In this document: in pieces, positions 28,637-36,610 of the stretch | Layout of the letters: each line of letters starts with the position of its first letter | How positions within the stretch are numbered: position 1 is the stretch's first letter | Assembly: GCA_043814605.1 (NCBI GenBank) | Contig: JBDRJV010000047.1 | Span: 5,077-69,076, forward strand | Direction: 5' to 3' | DNA length: 64,000 nt | Origin: Candidatus Omnitrophota bacterium | GTDB lineage: Bacteria; Omnitrophota; Gorgyraeia; B26-G9 | The notes under the pieces: generated by a model | Database searches by the model: none | What the model saw: the letters and a program-made list of their open reading frames with translations, nothing else | What the model was told of the DNA's origin: nothing | Made by a program: the position numbers and the translations under genes

Positions 28637-29557
28637 TTAACTTCTATAGTCTAGTTGCGATAAACGGGATTCGATAATACGCAAAAAATCTTTTTTTTCT
28701 TGATCCGTAAGCCGGGAATTATTAACAAGCTCTTTGATGTTGCTGATTTTAGTTAAAATATTTTTAAAGCAGGTTTCAGTTTTAATGCCTAGATAATCCG
28801 CAAAATATTTAAAGTCAGCGTAAGTGATTTTATTTTTTTTACCGTTTAAAGTCAAAGCCAGATCATCTTCATCAGGAATTACCAGTTTTGTACAAACGAT
28901 GTCATAAGCCGGGCTTAAGCGGATGCGGCCTTGCGGGGTGTAAATCAGGGAAAAGTTTTTTAGATGAGCGTCCCCGTTGCCGATTATGAAAAAAAGCAGG
29001 ACTCTTTCGAAAAATAACTGCACATCCAGTCCCGGGAATTCAGACGAAGTTTTTATTTTTTGGCCGATTTTTTCTAAGGAACATTTATATTTACCTTCTT
29101 CGGTTAAGATCTGCATAAAATCTTCCATGTGCAGTTTTTCTTTTTTATCCCGGTCAAAACGTTTTACGATGTAAGCCGTGCTATTATCAGCCAACTGGAT
29201 TAAAGTATGCGAGGGCACTGCTATTCCCAGATTATAGGCAATGTTCATGCAGAGGTTTTCATTCTGCGGGATATTCGGAAAAGTTTCTAACTGAGGTTTT
29301 AAAATATATTCACCGTTTTCCTGGGCAACTTCTAATTTTTTATTTTTTCGGTTGAGTTTTAGGGATAGTTTTACTTGTACTCCGGAGATAGACATTTTTC
29401 CCGCCATATCCTGAGCTTTGAGTGATATATTTTTTAAATCAATATCAATTTTGGGAAAATAATCCGTGTTAAAAAGCTTTTTTAAACAGCGGGAATGATA
29501 TTCAGAATCATTTTTAGTTTTTATTCCGCAAAAATCACAATACTTATTCATGAACAA
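28637..29557 (-). CDS. HipA-family kinase toxin lacking the N-subdomain (HipT-like)
   Basis: SISGVQVK, YILKP, NENLCM, VKRFDR, GNGDAHLKNFS, LSPAYD. Confidence 0.9.
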   Translation of the reverse strand: MFMNKYCDFCGIKTKNDSEYHSRCLKKLFNTDYFPKIDIDLKNISLKAQDMAGKMSISGVQVKLSLKLNRKNKKLEVAQENGEYILKPQLETFPNIPQNENLCMNIAYNLGIAVPSHTLIQLADNSTAYIVKRFDRDKKEKLHMEDFMQILTEEGKYKCSLEKIGQKIKTSSEFPGLDVQLFFERVLLFFIIGNGDAHLKNFSLIYTPQGRIRLSPAYDIVCTKLVIPDEDDLALTLNGKKNKITYADFKYFADYLGIKTETCFKNILTKISNIKELVNNSRLTDQEKKDFLRIIESRLSQLDYRS

Positions 29558-29873
29558 TCATTTCCTCGATAGACACCGCGCCGATAGTATCTTTACAGGT
29601 ACTCAGTAATATTTTGAAAGAATCACTTTTGTCAATTTTTAACTTTTTGGATACAATATCTAAATACCAGCCTTCAGGGATTAAGCCTTTAAAAAACGGG
29701 AACATTTTTTCGCTGGTATATGTTTTCTGATTAATCGGCAGGGAAAGGGAAATCCCTAAAGAATTTTTGATAAATTCATCATCATAAGTAAATTTATAAC
29801 CGGTTTGGGTTTTTTCCAGGATTCCGGCTAAAATATTATTAAATTTTACAATCGCCTTAGGGTTGTTTTTCAT
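29544..29873 (-). CDS. stand-alone HipA N-terminal domain protein (HipS-like)
   Basis: YKFTYD, ISLSLP, FPFFKGLIPEGW, DTIGAV. Confidence 0.88.
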   Translation of the reverse strand: MKNNPKAIVKFNNILAGILEKTQTGYKFTYDDEFIKNSLGISLSLPINQKTYTSEKMFPFFKGLIPEGWYLDIVSKKLKIDKSDSFKILLSTCKDTIGAVSIEEMIVHE

Positions 29874-30069
29874 TTTTTATGGCTTCAATATGGTAACCAA
29901 AAAATTCAAGCACCTGATTTATTTTATCTATTCTGAGAGTTTGCTTGCCTTGTTCGAGCTCTCTTAAAAAACGTAAGCCAACCCCGGCTCTTTTAGCTAA
30001 TTCAACCTGAGTTAATTTTGCGGCTTTTCTTAATTGTTTGATGCTTTTTTGAATTTTTTGGTTGTACAT
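29857..30069 (-). CDS. XRE HTH antitoxin/regulator (HipB-like)
   Basis: LTQVELAKRAGVGLRFLRELEQGK; ATG 30069 after GGAG. Confidence 0.88.
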   Translation of the reverse strand: MYNQKIQKSIKQLRKAAKLTQVELAKRAGVGLRFLRELEQGKQTLRIDKINQVLEFFGYHIEAIKNEKQP

Positions 30070-30090
30070 ATATCTCCATTTTATGTTTAA

Positions 30091-30236
30091 ATTATACACC
30101 CTAAGAGGTATAATGTCAATGATTTTTAAAAAAAATTATACCCTTTAAGGATTATATTTATTAAATTGAATAAAATTATGCTCAAAAAAGCATAAAATTG
30201 CCTATCAATATTGCATTTTACACCCTTTAGGGTATA
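30091..30236 (-). promoter_or_regulatory. consensus sigma70 promoter plus four palindromic operators
   Basis: TTGACA (30119-30114)-17 bp-TATAAT (30096-30091); TA(T/C)ACC-N6-GGTATA-like sites at 30095, 30137, 30177, 30219. Confidence 0.75.
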
Positions 30237-30289
30237 TAGTATTTGTGTTTACCAGAAGATATCAGTGTTCATCTGTGTTATCTAAGGTT

Positions 30290-31906
30290 TTATTTTTGCG
30301 GAATCTTTATCCTAAAGATGCTTCCTTTATCTACTTCACTTTCAACTTCAATCGTTCCATTATGATTTTGAATGATCTGCCTACATATGGATAGTCCTAA
30401 TCCTGAACCTGTGTGTTTAGTTGTAAAAAATGGATTAAAAATATTATCTAATGCTTTTTTGCTGATGCCGCAGCCAGTATCTTTGATTTCAATAGTTGAT
30501 GTATTTTTATCCGATGCAACAGATATAAAAATCTCACCGCCCTTAGGCATTGCTTCTATGGAATTTAAGATTAAGTTTAATAAAACCTGCTTAATTTGAT
30601 TGGAATCAATGTGAATCAATAATTCTGGATTTTCATATTCTTCATGAACTTTAATTTTATTTTTTAAGAATTCATTATTCAAGAATTCTAATATATCTTT
30701 AATCAGATTAGCAATATTTGTGGGTTTTAAATTGGGTTCTGCAGGTTTGGAAAAATCCAGTAATCTGTGAATAATATTATTTATCCGTTCAACTTCTGAA
30801 GGGATAAGCTTATTGAATTTATCAAAAAACTCATCATCTTTGTCTTTATATTTATCCTTAATGTATTCTGAAAATGTTTTAATCGTAGTCAAAGGATTTT
30901 TTACTTCATGTGCTAAGCCTAGAGCCATAGTTGTAGCAACCTTTAAACGTTGGGATTTTTCTAGTTCATGATGTAGGAGTTTGTTTTCTGTAGCAAATTC
31001 TTCAGTGGTTTTACCCAGAAATAAACGGTCGATAATTTTTTGGATTTTGTTACGGAGAGGATTAAACAATATAGCAATAATAAAAGTAGCGACTAAACTT
31101 ACAGGCAGAGATGTGTATCCAATGATATTTTTAAATAGCCACTCAATACCTACAATTAGTAATAGGTATATTCCAGTTAATATAGCTATAAGAATTGAAT
31201 AGATCAAACTTTTTTGTAAAGCTACTCTAATTCCCATAATTTGATGTTTAAATATTCCTATACACATGCATATTATCATAAGTGGAATACAAAAATATCC
31301 TAGTGGGTATATTTCTAACCCGTATTTACCTAAAAAATCAATTGGTCCAATAATAGTTCCTAAAACAAAAGGATACAGAGCAAAATAAAGTTGTTGTTTT
31401 TCTGAGGATGTAATATTAGGCTGATTAATTTTTTTGTAAATAATATAAATGACTAAAATTACTAAAACAGACCATATGAATTGAAACATGTAGTGGTAAT
31501 TACCAGCTTTAGGATAAAATCCCCAAAAGTGAGTATAGAAACCTGCGAGTATAGTATTAGTTTTAAATAAGAAGTAAACGAGAGTTAAATAACCTACTAG
31601 TAAACTTATTGTTACAATTTTTTTTAATTTTATTCCGGTTATTTTAGCAGTAAAATATAAACAAGAAAATGGTAATCCTCCAACTCCAAGGTAAACAGAT
31701 CTAGATAAAAAGTTAGCAAGAATTTTATTTGTGGTTGAGAAAAGAATAGCATCTGAGAATTGCCAAATAAATAAAGATAGACAGAATAAAAACCAACCAA
31801 AATTAATACCTGATTTAATATTTTTATTCCATACATATATTCCTAATAAAATAATTAATATGGCGCTGATAAATGGCGGGATGGAATATGCACTAAATAT
31901 AAGCAT
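30290..31906 (-). CDS. membrane sensor histidine kinase HK4
   Basis: 7TM-type N-terminus; AHEVKNPL; NSIEA, DTGCG, GSGLGL. Confidence 0.92.
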   Translation of the reverse strand: MLIFSAYSIPPFISAILIILLGIYVWNKNIKSGINFGWFLFCLSLFIWQFSDAILFSTTNKILANFLSRSVYLGVGGLPFSCLYFTAKITGIKLKKIVTISLLVGYLTLVYFLFKTNTILAGFYTHFWGFYPKAGNYHYMFQFIWSVLVILVIYIIYKKINQPNITSSEKQQLYFALYPFVLGTIIGPIDFLGKYGLEIYPLGYFCIPLMIICMCIGIFKHQIMGIRVALQKSLIYSILIAILTGIYLLLIVGIEWLFKNIIGYTSLPVSLVATFIIAILFNPLRNKIQKIIDRLFLGKTTEEFATENKLLHHELEKSQRLKVATTMALGLAHEVKNPLTTIKTFSEYIKDKYKDKDDEFFDKFNKLIPSEVERINNIIHRLLDFSKPAEPNLKPTNIANLIKDILEFLNNEFLKNKIKVHEEYENPELLIHIDSNQIKQVLLNLILNSIEAMPKGGEIFISVASDKNTSTIEIKDTGCGISKKALDNIFNPFFTTKHTGSGLGLSICRQIIQNHNGTIEVESEVDKGSIFRIKIPQK

Positions 31907-31908
31907 TT

Positions 31909-32271
31909 TTAAATATTATTTTTAACTTTTTCTAAAATATCTTTAGAATCAAAAGGTTTGACAATATAGTCAATCGCGCCTTTTTCCGCAGCTTCCTGCG
32001 CGATTTCCGCGCTTTTATAACCAGTAACAATGATTACTTTTTTATCCGGGAATTTTTCTTTAATGCATTGAGTAACTTCTAACCCGTTCTGCACAGGCAT
32101 TTTGATGTCTAAAAGCACGAGGCTAATGGAAGATTTATTTTTTAAAGCAGACAGGCATTCATTGCCGTTTTTGGCAAAGACCAGGTCATAATCTTTTTCC
32201 AGGATCAGCTTTAATGATTCGCGTATTCCTTCTTCATCATCACAAATTAAAATTCTTTTTTTATCGCGCAT
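31909..32271 (-). CDS. single-domain response regulator
   Basis: ILICDDE, LDIKMP, VTGY, YIVKPF. Confidence 0.92.
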   Translation of the reverse strand: MRDKKRILICDDEEGIRESLKLILEKDYDLVFAKNGNECLSALKNKSSISLVLLDIKMPVQNGLEVTQCIKEKFPDKKVIIVTGYKSAEIAQEAAEKGAIDYIVKPFDSKDILEKVKNNI

Positions 32272-32393
32272 AATTTACCTCCATAATTAATTTTATTTGA
32301 TTTTATTAAATTAATTAAATTCCAAATCATTTAATGTTTTGTTTTTCATTTGTCATTTGTTCATTTGACATTTGTCATTCTTGTAGCCTACGA

Positions 32394-32948
32394 CTACAAG
32401 GCTATTGGACTTACCACGACCAGTAATTTCGCTTCCTGCTCTCCGATGTTTTTAATCGCATGCGGCATGGACGCGTCAAAATATATGGTTGAATTTTTCT
32501 TTAAATCATAAATTTTATCAGAGATTGATAACTCTGCGTTTCCTTCTAAACAGTAAATAAACTTATCTGTGCCGGGCTTGTTTTCTTCCCGGGAAGTGCT
32601 TTTACCTGCGGCAATCGTTAAAAGCTGTGGCAGCATTTTTTTGTTTTTTATGGGCTTAGAAAGAATTACCGATGTAACGCTCTCATCAAAAGTAAATACT
32701 TCTTCTTCCATATTTACATTATCTAAAAAAGAAATTTTTTCATCTTTTTTATCCAGATCTTTATAGAATTCTCCAATGTTCAGGTTTAGGGCATGGCAGA
32801 TCCTTAAATGCGTGTTCAGATTGCCGGTAGTAATGCCGTTTTCAATGCGGCAGAGCGTGGCCTTGCCCACACCGGACATTTGCGATAAGGCGTCAAGCGT
32901 AAGATGCTTGCCTTTACGTAAAAGTTTTAGTTTTTTCCCCAGTTTCAT
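32394..32948 (-). CDS. XRE HTH + cupin transcriptional regulator
   Basis: LTLDALSQMSGVGKATLCRIENG; YCLEG..YFDASMPH. Confidence 0.9.
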   Translation of the reverse strand: MKLGKKLKLLRKGKHLTLDALSQMSGVGKATLCRIENGITTGNLNTHLRICHALNLNIGEFYKDLDKKDEKISFLDNVNMEEEVFTFDESVTSVILSKPIKNKKMLPQLLTIAAGKSTSREENKPGTDKFIYCLEGNAELSISDKIYDLKKNSTIYFDASMPHAIKNIGEQEAKLLVVVSPIAL

Positions 32949-33665
32949 AGTACCTTTCTCTTCAAATTTTTCTGCTTTAGCTGTTTTAAAAAAGGATAAC
33001 CCAGTTCAATTATTTTTGCTCATTCTCGTCCCGCTTCCTGCGGGACTCCGAGGGAGACCGCAGATTTATTACATCCATGTAAAATCAGCTAGTCTAATCC
33101 GCAAAAACAATTGCTCTGTTTTATCAAGAGCTAAGCAAAGCTTGTGTTTTTAGCTAGTATCCAGAATCCAGGATCTAGTATCCAGTATCCAGACTGTCCC
33201 TAAATAAAAATTTACCACAAATGGAACAGGAAAGCAAGAACTTTTGTGAAAATTAATGTGAACATGCAATATGTTGTAAACAAATACGTTAAAATTTTTT
33301 AAACAATTATTATTTTTACCACAAGGAATATTATTGACAGATTATTTAAATATACTATTTTCATAAATGGAATTAAAAGGAGTAGGTTCCGGGGAGAAAA
33401 TTTATAGCTGATATCCTTTGCAAGGACTCCAGCTCGGATATTTACTTAAAAGTAAATTTCCGAGGGGGCTTATGCTGATAGTAAGTTAAGGGGGGATTAG
33501 GGACGATAAATATGTTGATGCTGATTTTGTTTTGTAACATCAGCTTATCAAAATAGCAACAAAAATTCTAAAAAATTTAAAATAATCATAAATCTATAAC
33601 TATTTTAATTGCAATAGGTTAAAATTTTTACACGTTTAAATATTCCATATTAGCAAAAAATATTG

Positions 33666-33693
33666 TTGACAAAAATGAAAAATATGGTATTAT
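33666..33693 (+). promoter_or_regulatory. sigma70 promoter upstream of the fibre/FN3/Rhs genes
   Basis: TTGACA-16 bp-TATTAT with TG extension. Confidence 0.5.
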
Positions 33694-33952
33694 CATAAGT
33701 GGAACAAAAGTTTGCTCATTAAGAAAAAAATTTAAAAATTTGAATTGACTCGCCAAAAAGCGTGGCGTATAGGTCGCAAATAAAGCAACTGTAGATTTAA
33801 TGAAGAGCTTAAGTATAAGCTCATTTTCCCCGATACTTAAACATTTGAAAATTTTGAAAAAATTTTCTGCATAAGTTTCGGGATAAATTCGCGCAGACAG
33901 CTTATGTCGCTTGATAAGCTCCATAAGTTGTGCGCTCATTTAGGAGGGGAAT

Positions 33953-34969
33953 ATGAAAAAGTTAGCAGTTGTAGTTTTGGTGATTGGATTAGGAATTATT
34001 GTTGATTGTGCAAATATATTTGCTGGAGATGGAGATTTGATTGTGGGGGGGAATCTTGGTATTGGCACAGCAACTCCATCTGAGAAATTAGAGTTGGGGG
34101 TTTTAGGTGTTCCTGCATTTATAAAAATCTCCGGAGGACATCCCGGAGGTTCAGAAGCAGTTGGTTTAAAATTAAAAAGTTATTACCGTAATTGGAAAAT
34201 GGTTGTCAATGATAATCCAGTAACCAGTACTACAGGGCTACAACTTTGGGATGGAACTAATGTTAGATTACAGTTTACAGATAACGGATATGTTGGTATT
34301 GGCACAGTAACTCCATCTGAGAAATTAAAAATTAGTATCCCGGGAGTTTCGACATTTATGAAAATCACGGGTGGCAATCCTGGCGGAGGATCAGAAGCAG
34401 TGGGTGTGAAATTAAGCAGTCCTTATCGAAATTGGAGAATAGCTGTAAACGATGATTCGGTGCGTAGTACTGCAGGATTACAAATATTTGATGGGGCAAA
34501 TATCCGTTTGCAAATTGCAGATAACGGATATTTAGGAGTTGGGACAATAGCTCCGAGCCGCAAATTATTTGTAAACGGTGATGCGGGTGGATTAACACCT
34601 TGGTATAGTGCATCAGATGAGCGTTTAAAGAAAAACATTAGTACAATTGATAGCGCTCTAGATAAAGTTATGCAATTGCGGGGTGTGAATTTTGAATGGG
34701 ATGAGGCAGTTATCGAAGAAAAATACAAATGTAAGAAAGAAGCAAAAGATAAGCAAAATAAAACAAAATATTTTACAGAAGGAGTGCAAATGGGGCTTAT
34801 TGCCCAAGAAGTTGCCGAAGTAATTCCGGAAGTTGTTTCCACCGACGGAGAGCATTATTCGATTTGTTATGCGAGCATGGTCGGAATTCTCGTGGAAGCA
34901 GTCAAAGAACAGCAGGCGCAAATTCAGGATTTACAGCAAAGAGTAAATTATTTAGAGGGGAAAGAATAA
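33953..34969 (+). CDS. secreted fibre-like protein with C-terminal peptidase S74 intramolecular chaperone
   Basis: signal peptide; repeated GxxGIGTxTPSEKL units; SASDERLKKNI, GLIAQEV, C-terminal coiled coil. Confidence 0.85.
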   Translation: MKKLAVVVLVIGLGIIVDCANIFAGDGDLIVGGNLGIGTATPSEKLELGVLGVPAFIKISGGHPGGSEAVGLKLKSYYRNWKMVVNDNPVTSTTGLQLWDGTNVRLQFTDNGYVGIGTVTPSEKLKISIPGVSTFMKITGGNPGGGSEAVGVKLSSPYRNWRIAVNDDSVRSTAGLQIFDGANIRLQIADNGYLGVGTIAPSRKLFVNGDAGGLTPWYSASDERLKKNISTIDSALDKVMQLRGVNFEWDEAVIEEKYKCKKEAKDKQNKTKYFTEGVQMGLIAQEVAEVIPEVVSTDGEHYSICYASMVGILVEAVKEQQAQIQDLQQRVNYLEGKE

Positions 34970-35034
34970 GAAAACCAGAAAAACGAAAAAATATTTTAAT
35001 GAACAGGCAACCTCTTAACCAAAGGGGAAAAAAA

Positions 35035-36417
35035 ATGAAATTCTATAAATCTTTAATATTACTTTTTCTCTTACTTGTAATTTTTTCTCAGGGTTTGCCA
35101 GTATTGGCGCAGACGCTTTTTCCTATTAGAATTTTAGAAAATCCATCATTAACTTTTTCTACTTTGCAATCTGCCTATAACCAGGCGCAATCTGGCCAGA
35201 CAATTCAATGCCGCGCTGTAACTTTAAATGAATCAGTTACTCTTAACCGTGATATTGCGGTTACGATTTGCGGCGGCTATAACAGTGATTTTTCGCAAAA
35301 AACAGATGCAGTAACAGTTTTAATCGGCGGAGTTGCTTTAAACAGCGGTACAGCAATTTTGGATAATTTATCAGTTTCTTTTACGGACACGCAAACTGTT
35401 CCGGATACGCCGACTTTAGTGGAAGTCAGATATTTGGACACAAAAGTTTACTTAAATTGGAGCAGTGTGAATAATGCGGATGGATATATTGTCAAATACA
35501 GTACAACCAGCGGAACTTATACTTATACTGAATACATTGAAGCTGGTACAAGCCATGTGGTCACAAATTTAACGAATAATACGCAATATTATTTTGTGGT
35601 GAGCGCGTATAATGCGAGCGGCGTAAGTGATAATTCTAATGAATTAAGTGCGATGCCCCAGCCGCGGGAAGCAATTGCCGGCTATGAAACAGTATTTAGT
35701 AATGTTTCAACAAATGGGCTTTTTGCCGCCATGCCGATTATTATGAGTGAAGATGGGACGATTACCAGTATTAGTATGTTCCATAAAGCTGGCACAGGCT
35801 CTATGGTGTTAGGAATTTATAGCGGAGCAAATTCTCCCCAAACTTTACTAGCTACAACTCAAACCACAGCGATTGAAAATACAACAGGCTGGCAAACCAT
35901 AACGTTACTTAATCCTGTGCATGCGGAAAATGCAGAAACAATTTGGATAGCTTGGCTTTATTCGGTTAATCCCGGGATTCGCTATACAACAGGCGAACCG
36001 TCAGCTTATGCTTGCGGTGATAATTGGGATTCTTTAGGTGGTACAATGCCGGCTAATTTTCCCGCAAGTGGTGATTCCACTGTAATCGCTTCCTTATATA
36101 TAAATTATGTGCAAAACCAGCCGCCGCATATTACTGAACTTATTCCGGCAAATACAGCAACTCAAGAAGAAACAGATACCTTGACTTTTGAAGTTACTGC
36201 CAGTGATTATCATTTTGATCCGATTGAATATCAATTTGTAATTGATGATAATATTGTGCAATCCTGGACAAGTACAAATACTTATAATTGGGATACGCAG
36301 GAGAGTGATTTTGGCAAGCATTCTTTTAAAGTGCAAACTCGGGATGATATCGGCGCGCAGGAAGAGTCTGCTGTGCGCGAATTATTTATTTATCACAAAC
36401 CAATTTCAATAGAGTAG
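35035..36417 (+). CDS. secreted protein with fibronectin type III and Ig-like domains
   Basis: signal peptide MKFYKSLILLF; LNWSSV..GYIVKY..LTNNTQYYFVVSAYN (FN3); start moved to ATG 35035. Confidence 0.75.
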   Translation: MKFYKSLILLFLLLVIFSQGLPVLAQTLFPIRILENPSLTFSTLQSAYNQAQSGQTIQCRAVTLNESVTLNRDIAVTICGGYNSDFSQKTDAVTVLIGGVALNSGTAILDNLSVSFTDTQTVPDTPTLVEVRYLDTKVYLNWSSVNNADGYIVKYSTTSGTYTYTEYIEAGTSHVVTNLTNNTQYYFVVSAYNASGVSDNSNELSAMPQPREAIAGYETVFSNVSTNGLFAAMPIIMSEDGTITSISMFHKAGTGSMVLGIYSGANSPQTLLATTQTTAIENTTGWQTITLLNPVHAENAETIWIAWLYSVNPGIRYTTGEPSAYACGDNWDSLGGTMPANFPASGDSTVIASLYINYVQNQPPHITELIPANTATQEETDTLTFEVTASDYHFDPIEYQFVIDDNIVQSWTSTNTYNWDTQESDFGKHSFKVQTRDDIGAQEESAVRELFIYHKPISIE

Positions 36418-36424
36418 CAAGTAG

Positions 36425-36469
36425 CCCCGCCTTAGCGGGATTTCGCTTAAAATATATTACTGTTCTCAA
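36425..36469 (-). repeat. element A, copy 5
   Basis: reverse complement reads TTGAGAACAGTAATATATTTTAAGCGAAATCCCGCTAAGGCGGGG. Confidence 0.85.
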
Positions 36470-36610
36470 CAAGTAGAGAGTATTCCCGAGAAATTCAGGG
36501 GAATCTCCGGGACTAAATCCTGGAAATGCTTGGCATTTCACAGGGCAATTCGCATAGATCACTTATGTCGTTAGTGCTCCATAAGTGATGTGCTCATTGA
36601 GGAGATGATT

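Noticed and set aside
33758-33775. ops/JUMPstart element
   Set aside because: GCGTGGCGTATAG does not match GGCGGTAG
33953-34969. prophage tail fibre
   Set aside because: Signal peptide present and no other phage genes nearby
36515-36555. c-di-GMP-I riboswitch (CACAGGGCAA)
   Set aside because: The following GNRA stem and second hairpin pattern are not present
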